From positions 21,514,001-21,578,000 of the forward strand of contig NC_043013.1 of NCBI RefSeq assembly GCF_006345805.1: DNA of 64,000 bases, in the 5' to 3' direction. Positions within the stretch are counted from its first letter, which is position 1. Every line of letters starts with the position of its first letter. The notes below the pieces were generated by a model that saw only the letters and a list, made by a program, of their open reading frames with translations, was not told where the DNA came from and ran no database searches. Source of the stretch: Octopus sinensis. Lineage: Eukaryota. Of this stretch, positions 24,526 through 37,180 are shown one piece after another. The translations under genes were made by a program, and so were the position numbers.

Positions 24526-25135
24526 CAGTAGTTCTCATCCAGGGTCCATATGACCTTCAGGGGTCCATATAAAGATTTTGTTGCTAAAATTTATCAGCAA
24601 TAAATTGGTTATACTTCTGCAATACCCAAAATATAAAAAATTTGTTTTTTTATACAATTCTTAATATCTTTATATATAAAAGTAAGGTTGTGTGTCTGTC
24701 TCCTACGATTTAGATTCTTAACTACTCCCACATTTTGCGGTGCAGTTTAACCAAAACCGGGTATCTTATAGTCGTGATTCATATCGAGCCCTTCTGGGCA
24801 TTAGCACGCGTCTATGATGAGTCTACGATTTAAAAAAAAATTTACCATCAATTTTCCCCATTTTTAATGCATTTTTGGCATATATAAGGGAAGTAACTTT
24901 CTAAAAATTTATTATTAAATCTCAGAACGTAAAAAGCTACAGTAACCCCCCTCCTTTGTGGTTATCTCTAAAAATGCTTATATAGTTATTTCCCTTACAA
25001 ACCCGAGCAACGCCGGGCGATACTGCTAGTTTAATTATAAAATTATCATAGGAATTTTTTTTTAACATCAAATGACTTGGAGGGTCCCTCTGAGTAAAGT
25101 AGGAATCAAAGGTGAAAGTGGGTTGAGAAGCACTG
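24526..25135. mobile_element. hAT-type MITE interrupted by a Helitron
   Basis: TIRs CAGTAGTTCTCA / TGAGAAGCACTG; 8-bp TSD TTCTAACA / TTCTAATA (7 of 8). Confidence 0.75.
24667..25029 (+). mobile_element. Non-autonomous Helitron
   Basis: A|TCTTTATATATAAAAG start; hairpin CCCGAGCAACGCCGGG (25002-25017); CTAG|T end; AT target, no TSD. Confidence 0.9.
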
Positions 25136-25245
25136 TTCTAATACATCAGATGTATACAATTACAGAGTGTATAGCTGTTATCTTCTCACACATCAGATGT
25201 GTACACAATGCACAGCTACCATTAATTTCTTAATCTTCATTCTAG

Positions 25246-25366
25246 GCTGCTTGATGTCGTACAGAGTGATAAAAAGCTTTATCTTGTCTTTGAATATCTT
25301 GACCAAGATCTGAAGAAGTACATGGACACAGCACCAGCGTCAGGTCTTTCACCAGAATTAATAAAG
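25246..25366 (+). CDS. CDK2: CDK2 coding exon 3 (121 nt)
   Basis: Acceptor TTCATTCTAG|G; LLDVVQSDKKLYLVFEYLDQDLKKYMDTAPASGLSPELIK; donor AAG|GTACC. Confidence 0.96.
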
Positions 25367-25710
25367 GTACCTCTCTCTCTCTCTCATTCTCTCTCCCATT
25401 TGTTTCTTACTCATTCACTGCAACTCATTCTTTTTTTTTTTGTTTCCCTTATTTGCATTTTCTCTTGATGTCCTTCATTGCCTTTATAGCTTGATGCACA
25501 ACGTGACCTAAGGTTACATACAGTAAGTCACAGTATAATATCATCATCATCATCATCATCGTTTAATGTCCATTTTCCATGCTAGCACGGGTTGGATGGT
25601 TCGACTGGGATCTGGGAAGCCAGGAGGCTGCACCAGGCTCCAGTCTGATCTGTGAGTGTAGTGGGTGCTTTTTACGTGCCACCGGCATGGGTGATGGGGA
25701 GGCTATATAT

Positions 25711-25744
<34 letters not shown>

Positions 25745-25746
<2 letters not shown>

Positions 25747-26128
25747 CTCTCTTTACTCTCTCTTTTACTTGTTTCAGTCATTTGACTGCGGCCATGCTGG
25801 AGCACTGCCTTTAATCGAGCAACTCGACCCTGGGACTTATTCTTTTGTAAGCCCAGTACTTATTCTATCGGTCTCTTTTGCTGAACCGCTAAGTAACGGG
25901 GACATAAACACACCAGCATCGGTTGTCAAGCAATGCTAGTGGGACAAACACAGACACACACATACATACATATACATATATACGACAGGCTTCTACCAAA
26001 TCCACTCACAAGGCATTAGTCAGCCCGGGGCTATAGCAGAAGACACTTGCCCAAGATGCCACGCAGTGGGACTGAACCCGGAACCATGTGGTTGGTAAAC
26101 AAGCTACTTACCACACAGCCACTCCTGC
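25745..26128 (-). mobile_element. SINE family B
   Basis: Reverse complement of 8722-9092. Confidence 0.85.
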
Positions 26129-26156
26129 TCCTATATATATATGTATGTATGTATGT

Positions 26157-26195
<39 letters not shown>

Positions 26196-26204
26196 CATGC
26201 ATGC

Positions 26205-26359
26205 CATAGATATATGCCTGGAGTTATAAATCCCTTTTACATGCATGGTGAAATATCAGTGTCCGTCCCGCATGCATGCATGCATGTAAAAGGTGGGACG
26301 GACACTGATATTTCACCATGCATGTAAAAGGGATTTATAACTCCAGGCATATATCTATG
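26205..26359. repeat. Perfect 65-bp inverted repeat with 25-nt spacer
   Basis: 26205-26269 is the exact reverse complement of 26295-26359. Confidence 0.95.
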
Positions 26360-26965
26360 AAGCACTCAATGTTAATGAATTTAGTTAACTATATCAAAGC
26401 AATCAGATACCAATAAATGCAAGTAGAATAAACATCTCAGTTAATTCTTCATGTATGACAAAGTAAATCCAAAGATTGCTTAGAAGAACATCAAGAAATT
26501 CAGAGAATAAGAATGGAGCAAATCACATCTTTAATTGGTGATTGCAACATACATTACTGATAAACATTTAAGTATTTCAATACTAAATAACCCATTAATT
26601 ATAATTGCTTTTCCTTTATTCTAATTATGCATAATTTTTCTAAAATCTGACAGCTAACTAATTGTTGTGATGTAGAATTTCTATGTTTATAATTGTCGTG
26701 ACATGGAATTCCTGTCATCAAAAGTTAAATACTAAACTGGCTTTTCTTATGCATTCACCAATTGAAGATATTTTCTTCATTTTGAATTTAACTCATTTTG
26801 ATAATGTTATGATGATGTGTTATATATTTTCAGTTATATTAATTTACTGGTAGTATATATTTTTACTGTATCTAAATATGCTGGTACAATAGATATGATT
26901 GTCTGTATTGTATGTTGTAATCACAAATTAAAGATGTGATTTTCTCCATTCTTAGTTTTGTTGTT

Positions 26966-27327
26966 CATCATCATCATCATTGTTTAACGTCCGCTTTCCA
27001 CGCACAGCGTATTTCCAAAGGTCTCGGTCACTAGTCATTGCCTCAGTGAAACCTAATGTTCGAAGGTCGTGCTTCACCACCTTGTCCCAGGTTTTCCTGG
27101 GTCTACCTCTTCCACAGGTTCTCTCAACCGCTAAGGTGTGGCACTTTTTCACACAACTATTTTCATCCATTCTTGCCACATGACCATATCAGCACAATCG
27201 TCTCTCTTGCACACCGCAACTGATGCTTCTTAGGTCCAACTTTTCTCTCAAGGTACTTACACTCTGTCAAGTATGTACACTGACATTTCATATCCATCGG
27301 AGCGTACTGGCTTCATTCCTTACGAGC
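26966..27327 (-). mobile_element. RTE LINE ORF C-terminus joined to the family C terminal tail
   Basis: GHVARMDENSCVKKC...GRGRPRKTWDKVVKHDLRTLG...DRDLWKYAVR followed directly by GGAAAGCGGACGTTAAACAATGATGATGAT. Confidence 0.85.
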
Positions 27328-27994
27328 AATGTATGTGTTTTGTTTGTTTGCCAGTTTGCTGCGTCACAGCACTCTAGGGTTGACTTCCTCTTAGCACTGG
27401 GTATTAAAACACCCAAGTCATAGACAGGCGAGACAACTCACCTCCAATTCCATTCAGGAGGGACGGACACTGATATTTTGCCATTTTTGTAGCTCATCAA
27501 CATCACATACTGAAATCGAACCCGGGGTGAACAGAATCACCTGTCTTTGACTCTATACAAATTTGTGTATGAACCATTTGCTGGTATGCCACAACAATGC
27601 ATACATAAGAAGAAATCCAATTATGAATATCAAAGCTGGTATGCTGTAGTAGTAGTGGTAGTGGTGGTGGTGGTAGTAGTAGTAATAGTAGTAGTAGTAG
27701 TACAGCACTGGCTATAGTGCTGTGGAAGTTGTACCTGGAGCGCTATACTGTAGCAAACTGGCAGGCAAGCAAAACGCATACAGTGAGTATGTGAGGTCTG
27801 TAATGTTTATGGCACAGGTGCTGCTTTTAATATATTATACTAAATGCTTAACATTATACTGGCTTAAATTTAAAATAATCAGAGTTGGATCTAAAGTAAA
27901 TACTAACTTGACATTGGTATTTGGACTAAGTGACTTAGGTTGCTCATCCCTGGGCAATACCCCAGGACAGTGTGAATGTGATTGTTACGTCATT

Positions 27995-28388
27995 GATGTG
28001 CCCGTGCTAGTAGGGTGCCAAGAGCACCATCCGAGCGTGATCGTTGCCAGAGCAGCCAACTGGCTCCGTGCCGGTGGCACGTAAAAGGGCACCATCTGAG
28101 TGGGATTGTTACCAGCGTCGTCTTACTGGCACCTGTGCTGGTGGCATGTGTAAAAAGATTCGAGCAAGGTCATTGCCAGTACTGCCTAATTGGCCCGTGT
28201 GCCGGTGGCACGTAAAAAGCACCCACTACACTCTGAGTGGTTGGCGTTAGGTAGGGCATCCAGCTGTAGAAACTCTGCCAAATCAAGATTGGAGCCTGGT
28301 GTTGCCGTCTGGTTTGCCAGCCCTCAGTTAAAATCGTCCAACCCATGCTAGCATGGAAAGCAGACGTTAAACGATGATGATGATGATG
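27995..28388 (+). mobile_element. Family C RTE 3' end about 80 bp upstream of CDK2 exon 4
   Basis: Modules, core and (GAT)n tail present. Confidence 0.8.
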
Positions 28389-28469
28389 GTGAAATGTCAT
28401 GCATTGTATTCCTCTTCTTATATTGATGCCACGTTTGTGTAATTTTTTCTTCCTTTTTGCTCTTTCTAG

Positions 28470-28667
<198 letters not shown>

Positions 28668-30187
28668 TAGATCAATTCAGCAGACTCATGGTCCAAGGCA
28701 TTCCAACCATGACTATCTCCTTCCATTTTCCCTTCCTATCATGACCGAGATGTGCTCTCATTAGCTACAAAGTATACAGCATCTTCTAATTACTCATCTG
28801 AAGATAAATTTGTCAGCAACCATATTTTCTAACATTCTCACTTACCTCTATATTCAGGGGCTGGATTTTTGTTTGGGCTGATATGGGCTATGGACCAGGG
28901 ATTCCCAAGCTTGTAGTGAGGACCCTTTAACTCAGAGAATCGTAAGGCTTGGAGTTAAAATTTAAAAAAAATATACTTAAGGCAATAAAATTAATAATTT
29001 GTAATTTCTTTTACTCTTTTAAATTTATTTTCAATCCAGTAAAGTTCTTTTAAAATTATCGAGCCCTCTTGATTTAATTGACCAACAGAATCATATGCCC
29101 CTACCTATTGGCTCAGGGACCCCACTTAGTTTAAAGCTGGCTCTGTATTTTTTTCCCTTTTTTGTCTCTTACTTGCTTTGGTCATTCAACTGCAGCCATG
29201 ATGAAGCACTGTCTTCGGGAATTTTAGTCGAACTAATCAACCCCTATACTTATTATTTTTTTTAAAGCCTGGTACTTATTCTGTGGGTCTCTTTTGCTGA
29301 ACAGCTAAGTTACAAGGGACGTAAACAAACCAACACCGACTATCAAGCTGTGGTGGGGGACAAACACACACACACAAACATATAATCATCGTTTAACATC
29401 TGCTTTCTATGCTGGCATGGGTCGGACGGTTTGATATGGAGCTGGCCAGACTCCACTTGTCTGTTGTGGCATGATTTCTATGGCTGGATGCCCTTCCATA
29501 CACCAAAAACACTTAACAGTGTGCTGGGTGCTTTTTACATGTCATGGGCTTCTTTCAGTTTCTGCCTACCAAATCCACTCACAAGGTTTTGGTTGGCCCA
29601 AGGCTGAAGTAGAAGATACTTGGCCAAAGTGCTACCCAGAGGGACTGGCATGGTTGGGAAGCAAACTTCTTACCACATAAGCCACATAGGTTTTTCCAAT
29701 TGAGGTGGTTCCTTAATACTGGCTCTAGAACATTGAAGATTCTTTTGTGAGGGACATCAATCAACACAGATCAATACATAATGTGGTGATAATGTGATCA
29801 ATATGTATTGTTATTGTTATCAAAATGGAAATTGTAGTAGTGGCAGTGCCACCTGACAGACTCCTCTGCTGGTGGCATGCAATAAGCCCCATTCATGCGT
29901 GGGTTGATGCCAGTGCCACTTGACTGGCTCCCTGTGCCGGTGGCACGTAAAAAGCACCCACTACACTCGGAGTAGTTGCTATTAGGAAAGGCATCCAGCT
30001 GTAGAAACTCTGTCAAACCAGACTGGAGCCTGGTGCAGCCTACTGGCTTGCCAGTCCCCAGTCAAACCGTCCAATCCATGCCAGCATGGAAAACAGATGA
30101 TGATGAGGATGATTGTGAGAGGATACAGTTTCCACTCATCAAAAAACTACTGACAGCTCTAGAAAACCTAAATGACAATATATAACA

Positions 30188-30549
30188 CTAGCAGTATCGC
30201 CCGGCGTTGCTCGGGTTTGTTTCGACCCTTTAGAGTTGGAATTTTTGAAAAGTAAAAATTTTGCATTATGTAGCTTGTTATTCTCTTTCAGTGAACATTT
30301 TTCTGGTTGAAATACATCAAAGAATAGCAACACAGCAGTCAAAAAATCGTAAAAAATAGGGATTTTCATAGAAAAAAAAGCACCTTTTTGATGTAAATAA
30401 TTTTTTCTTCTACGGAAGGAAGAGCAAGCTTTCTTCTATCATACCCTCAATTTTGGTCAACTTGTGCCGCAGAGTCTCGGAGGAGGTAGTGTTAGTTGAA
30501 GGCTACCAAACCTGCCATACACAGACAACTTCAGCTTTATATACATAGA
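30188..30549 (-). mobile_element. Non-autonomous Helitron
   Basis: Minus strand A|TCTATGTATATAAAGC ... CCCGAGCAACGCCGGGCGATACTGCTAG|T. Confidence 0.9.
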
Positions 30550-31444
30550 TTAATTGAGAAAGACATTCGTCCATCCATCCCCTATGTCCGCCATTCTTGG
30601 CAGTAGAATCTTAAGGCACATCGTCCACAAGATCCCATCAGAAGCAGCTGTCATTAAATTTGCTGAGTAAGTTACCGAGTACAGTCAACTGAAATTTTGG
30701 ATATTGTCCAACCATCTTGTTCTTGATCTATGCCTAGGTATACTGCCTGTTGGCTTGGCTTGAAGAATCCTTCCTGCAATTCTTTTCTGCAACATTCTAA
30801 TCACGTGTCCATTGTACCAGAGCTGTTGCCTCTCTGTGTGAAGAGACTCACTGATTGCCAAGCTGTCGTCATGTTAAAAGCACCCAGTACCTCATGCTGT
30901 AAAGTGGTTGGTGTTAGGAAGGGCATCCAACCGTTTCTACAAAGCTAAATCAAACTGGACCCTGGTACAGCTGTCCTGCTAGCCCAGCTCTGGTTAAACT
31001 GTCCAACCCATGCCAGCAGGAAAAACCAGCATTAAATAATGATGTTGAAGAAGAAGAAGCAGCACCTTGTTGAGTAATGTCACACCTGAGATTCTTCGGT
31101 GGAACCCTATTTTGACTGATTGTTTTACATATGACCACATAAGTGAAAATAGGCACAAAAACTTGAAAATAGTATGTTTGGGCTTTTTTTTAAACCACTT
31201 TCTCCCCTTCTAAGGACGAAATATTTGCTCCACTTTTAAGGACGAAATATTTGAGCTGGTACATTACTGTGCCAACACCTGCAATTCTGGCATCCAGTTC
31301 TGATTCCTATTTTCCATCACTCGGGAATATGTCTGAAATTCCTCTACTTGTCTCAGTGAGAAGACGTACGTTTAGGGCCAGGTCAGCTTAATAAAACTGT
31401 TATGCCTTAATTTAAATATCATTTATTCTATAGTATGCTGTGTC

Positions 31445-31661
31445 TGGGGAGAGTCGTTTTCTTTTTGTGCCTTATAATGTAACACACACACCGGTAAAAT
31501 TTCTACTTTTTTCTTATTTTTATTTTCCTAAAATTTTCGTTGCGTCTTGCAACCTTTTCATTAGTTTTGACTCTATCCGTTATTTACACTGCGTTCCCTT
31601 TTCATTTTACCGGTGAGTGTGTGTTACATAATAAGGCACAAAAAGAAAATGACTCTCCCCA
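31445..31661. repeat. Fold-back repeat (about 57-bp arms, 100-bp spacer)
   Basis: TGGGGAGAGTCGTTTTC...CACCGGTAAAAT mirrored at 31604-31661. Confidence 0.8.
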
Positions 31662-32170
31662 GAGAACAGAATAGGCTTCAACACACGAACTCGTATAAAG
31701 AATCCAAAAACGAAATATTCTATAGTAGTTTTGATGCGTTGTAGTCTGATGGATTAGAAGTATGGAATTCAATTCCAGCCCAAATGGACTACATATAAAT
31801 ATAGGCAAGGTAACAAGGAACAAGTTGTTAAAATAATTGTTTTACATGAATACGAAGATATTGCTTGTGTCATCTTGACTAAAATGACTTACTATTCACC
31901 TGCCTAAAAAAAAAAAAAATTTTTTTAAGGGGAGATAATTTTCATAGTCTAATGCAGGAGTTATCTGCTCCTGGATTATATTCTTTTCTTTGATGTCGTT
32001 GCTTTCTCTCAATGCGACCCTTTCAAACCTTTTCGCGTCCTGCTTCTGTTTCTTAGCCATTTTTTTTTTCACCTATGGATCCCCTTTTGATTCCTATTTT
32101 ACTCTGATTGATCCTCCTACCCATTAAATGTTTAAAAAGTCATATTTTTATAATTAAATATTATTAGGAA

Positions 32171-32201
<31 letters not shown>

Positions 32202-33312
32202 TTTTGTGTTGTAGAAATATAACAAATTTATTGTTGTAGAAATATAACAAATCTTATGTGGAACCCCAAGGGCCACATGAAGAGCGGTTGAGAACGACTG
32301 TTTTATTCACCTTTAGGTCATTTTCATCAGAACATTATTTGCTGCGAGCTCCTATGTGGTCACTTTAACTGCTAGAAATAAGTAAAATTCACCTCAATTA
32401 TTTGCTGTCATCTTAGAACACCTGAGATAATCTAGACCTGTACATCTGTAAAAAGACAAGATGATAATGCTGGAATACCTTCTAATAGTGTTGACTTTGA
32501 GCTAAACAGCGACAACAACACTCACTATTATTATTAAGTCTATTGGATCTTTTAAGGTGTATTGGATTTCTTTGTATGCGACAGTTGTGAGAATTAAGAT
32601 AATTCTTCTTTCATAATCTTTGGTCTAAATCTACCAAGCTTCTTTCTGAGATGTTCGTTTGTGTGTATGTTTAAATACATGCATGCATATATATATACTT
32701 TACAATTTAAAAATACGATAAAATCTTCATAATTTATTGAGTAATTAGTGTGAAAAACCTCAAGAAAAAAAAACATCAATTTTTTTCCTTTTAAATTTAT
32801 TTATTTATATTATATAGAGGGCACTATTACACATAGATGCCACACGCTAGGAGGGACTCTTAAAGTCAAAACTACTAAAATAAATAAACACATCATACCG
32901 AAACCAATTCTCGAAGCAGGTAATTTAAAAACAGAATTTAGCTGCATATCACATTGTGATTTCATAATCGGTGCAGTTTTATGCACTTTTTACTCCTCAG
33001 TGCAAGCATAATTCAAGATTTATAATGAATGAACAAAAACAACATACCAGGCGAACAGCTATCGTATCCAATGCAGCATGTAGGATTGTTTACCTCATAC
33101 ACATCTATGTAAATGGCGGGCTTTTTCGAATTGCGTTTCGGTAATAACGTGCTTATTTGGAAGAACAAATATATAGGGCGTATGTTTATTTGGCAAAAAA
33201 AAAAAAATGACCATCCTGAAATACAACAATATATATGTGTGTGTATCGCGTGTGTAACGTTGGCGATCTTTTTTCCTCTGTCTTCCCTTCTCTGGATCTT
33301 TCCTTCTCCTAT

Positions 33313-33347
33313 GTTTCCGACGAAGAGCTCCACTCGAAACGTTAAAC
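33313..33347 (+). ncRNA. Candidate minimal type I hammerhead ribozyme (U4C variant), CDK2 intron 4, sense
   Basis: GTTT-CCGACGA-A-GAG(CTCCA)CTC-GAAA-CGT-T-AAAC: stem I GTTT/AAAC, stem II GAG/CTC, palindromic helix III ACGT, GUU site. Confidence 0.55.
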
Positions 33348-33727
33348 CCTCCTTCTTTCCTTCGCGTCCAAATAATACTATATTTGTTCCACGTCCTCGC
33401 GTTGTTGTGTTTTTTTGTGCTTTCATGTTTGGATTAACTATGTATTTATATATATATATATATATTTATATAGTGTGTGTATGTATGTATGATGTATCTA
33501 TCTATCTATATATATATATATATATACATATACATCATATATATATATATACACACATACATTTGACTGTAGCCTGCGTAATGTATGATTAACTAAAAGT
33601 GTGAACAAATAAGCAATGCATTTACCAGAGTAATCTTATTGCTAAAGTGTTAAATTAGAACCAGCAAAGAAGGATGTAATAATTTTCGTTTCTGTGTGTT
33701 CCAAAATGAATATTTGCTAAAGTTTAG

Positions 33728-33919
<192 letters not shown>

Positions 33920-34017
33920 TGAATTTGTCTTTCTGTTGATTTTCCAACTTCCAAGATGGAGTAACAGTTAATTAGTTCTTCCTACCTACACACACCACAC
34001 ACATTCTTTTATTCTAA

Positions 34018-34355
34018 AACGTGTTTCAGTCATTTTGACTGCAGCCATGCTGGAGCACTGTCTCAAAGGGTTTTTTAGTTGAAAAATTGACCCCAGAACT
34101 TATTCTTTGTAAGCCTAGGACCTATTCTGTTGGTCTCATTTGCCAAACTGCTAAGTTATGGGGACATAAACACACCAGCATCGGTTGTCAAGCGATGGCT
34201 GTTCACACGCACACACACACACACACACACATGTCAGGCTTCATCCAGTTTCTGTCTAACAAATCCACTCACACGGCTACAGTGGAAAACACTTGCCCAA
34301 GGTGACACAGTGGAACTGAACCTGGAATCATGTGGTTGGGAAGCAAGCTTCTTGC

Positions 34356-34360
<5 letters not shown>
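34018..34360 (-). mobile_element. SINE family B
   Basis: Degenerate reverse copy about 100 bp downstream of exon 5. Confidence 0.75.
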
Positions 34361-34414
<54 letters not shown>

Positions 34415-35070
34415 TCATAATCATCCTCATCATCATTTAATGTCCACTTCTCTATATTCGTGTGGGCCAGACGGAATTTGTTATAACAGATTTTTTGTTA
34501 TGACTGGATGTTCTTCCTGTCACCAATTCTCATTTCATTCCAGGCAAGGTAATATTTTCCATGACCTGACATTTTCACAGAAGACTAGAGATAAACAATG
34601 CCACTTGTATGATCGTGATGCTTATTCATAACCATCACATGATGTCCAGTGCAGGGTACGCACACTCACACACATTTATTTATTTATTTATCATCATCGT
34701 ACATTCATTGTCCATTCCAACATGGGTTGAACTGCTTGACCAGAGCTGGCAAGCCGAAGTGTTGCCAAATCCAGTCTGATTTGGCATAATTTCTGTGGCT
34801 GGATGCCCTTCCTAATGCCAACCACTTTACAGTGTGTGCTCAATGCTTTTTCCATTGTGCCGACTCTTCCTGGCCAATCCTCTTTGCCAGGAGAGCAGCC
34901 TTAACACATCTGCTGTGAAGTACGGGTCTTCTTGAGTACAACAAAGTACCAGGCATCTTGGTTAGCATTTATACCTGTATTTCACATGACCATTGGTTTT
35001 TATTATATCTTTACTCTCTTTGCTGATTGAGCGGTTTACTCCTCATTGCAGCCTTACCACACAGTGGGAC

Positions 35071-35142
<72 letters not shown>

Positions 35143-35146
<4 letters not shown>

Positions 35147-35495
35147 ATTGAACCAGCCAGGATCCCTGGTCTGGTGGTACGTAAAAAGCACTATCCGACT
35201 CGTGGCCGATGCCAGCACCGCCTCGACTGGCTTCCTTGCCGGTGGCACATAAAATACACCAATCCGACCGTGGCTGTTGCCAGCCTTGCCTGGCACCTGT
35301 GCAGGTGGCACGTAAAAAGCACCCACTACACTCACGGAGTGGTTGGTGTTAGGAAGGGCATCCAGCTGTAGAAACATTGCCAGATTAGACTGGAGCCTGG
35401 TGCAGCCTTCTGGCTTCCCAGAACCCCGGTCGAACCGTCCAACCCATGCTAGCATGGAGAACGGACGTTAAACGATAATGATGATGATGATGATG

Positions 35496-35497
<2 letters not shown>
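35143..35497 (+). mobile_element. Young family C RTE 3' end
   Basis: Near-identical to 17762-18110. Confidence 0.85.
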
Positions 35498-35583
<86 letters not shown>

Positions 35584-35677
35584 AGTACATAACATATGCA
35601 ATGTGTGTGTGTGTAATGTTTTATAATGTTGGTTATATATATATATATATTTTTAAATGTTTTGTATTTCTTCTTAG

Positions 35678-35788
<111 letters not shown>

Positions 35789-35811
35789 TAATTTGTATGT
35801 ATATTTTTTAA

Positions 35812-35969
35812 ATTATTCCCATTCTTGTGAAACCACTTATTTAAGTTCACATCATTGATGAAATTTTGTACCAATTATTTAAGTTCATTTAATTTAAAAA
35901 TAACAATTGGTATAAAATTGCATCAATGACTTGAACTTAAATAAGTGGTTTCACACGAATGGGAATAAA
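35812..35969. repeat. Inverted repeat, about 65-bp arms, 28-nt loop
   Basis: 35812-35876 vs 35905-35969, roughly 90% complementary. Confidence 0.85.
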
Positions 35970-36166
35970 TTAAAAATTAAAGATAAAATTAAAGTGCAGA
36001 AATGAACTAGTCCTGATGGAGCTTAGCACATACTCTTTACCACGGTTTTTAGATTTGATTATATGCTGATTAGGTAGCATATGAAGGCTGGGTGTTTGTA
36101 ATGTTTGTTCGCTTGCACATAGCTGGTATGTTTTGTACATTTGTTTCCATGTATTGTGTGTAAAAA

Positions 36167-36248
36167 CATCCTGATGAGGGGAGTGTTAGTTTCGAATATA
36201 TGAAATGTTTCATATTAATTGGTGCGTCTCCGAAACCGCCCATAGATG
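36167..36248 (+). ncRNA. Decayed hammerhead-like motif, CDK2 intron 6, sense
   Basis: CATC-CTGATGA-GGGGA...TCTCC-GAAA-CCGCCC-ATA-GATG; helix III mismatch at 16.2. Confidence 0.35.
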
Positions 36249-36697
36249 AACAATTATGTATATTTATTTTTTCTGAAATTTTAATACGTCATTTTAATAT
36301 GTTCTTGTATATTTTATTATCCCAAATTTTTAATGTACCAAATAATTTACGAAATGTTTTATGATTTTAAGTGTAAATTCAGTGTGTTTTGTACGCATCA
36401 CTGATTCTTATACATTTATATATTTTTATATGATGTTTAATTATTTATATATTATTATATTTTTAAACGTCTGACTTTATATCTGTTCTGTAGATATAAA
36501 TGAATATATGTATGTGTTTGATCTTTCTGTGTGGAATTTAGTAATGTTCCTTTAGTTACTGCTTGCCTCCGCTCAGATTAATAAGTGGTATATATATATA
36601 TATTTATGTAATAAAATTAATTAAGGGTAGAAATCAATATTTATCAATTAAAACCAGTGGTCTAGCATATTAAAAAAGAATCCGAAGATTAAATATT

Positions 36698-36803
36698 TAT
36701 ATACCAATTAAGGACTGAACACGAAAAAGTGGACAGTCAACATGCTATATATCTAGCATGTTGACTGTCCCCTTTTTCGTGTTCAGTCCTTAATTGGTAT
36801 ATA
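36698..36803. repeat. Near-perfect 50-bp inverted repeat, 6-nt loop
   Basis: 36698-36747 vs 36754-36803, one mismatch. Confidence 0.9.
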
Positions 36804-36957
36804 TATTTATGTATATATACATATTTGTGTGTGTATATATATGTATTTATATAGAGATATTTATGTATGTGTGTGTGTACCTGTTTGTTGTTTACACCCC
36901 TTGCAGCTGGGTTGGTACCGAAAGGGTTAAGAATTGTTTCTCTATTATATATTTTAA

Positions 36958-37180
36958 CCCTTTTCTTACCATATTTCTGTTGAGATGCTCTGTGTTTCTT
37001 CCAATAAATTTTAAATATAACAAAGAATTTAGTAAAATAACTTAGTTATCATTAAACTAGTGTTAGGAACATAAATTGTGACTAAGGTTTGGTGGAAGGT
37101 TTTAATTCAGAACTTTTGAAAACGAAACATTTGTACTACAGAGCCAGAGGCGGTTTCAGCCGGGTTGGTAACGAAAGGGG
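36958..37180. mobile_element. piggyBac-like MITE
   Basis: TTAA|CCCTTTTCTTACC ... GGTAACGAAAGGGG|TTAA. Confidence 0.65.

Noticed and set aside
31520-31570. Hammerhead on the minus strand (CTAATGA...GTTGC-AAGAC-GCAAC-GAAA)
   Set aside because: G5 is mutated, four extra bases precede stem II, and stem I has only one pair.
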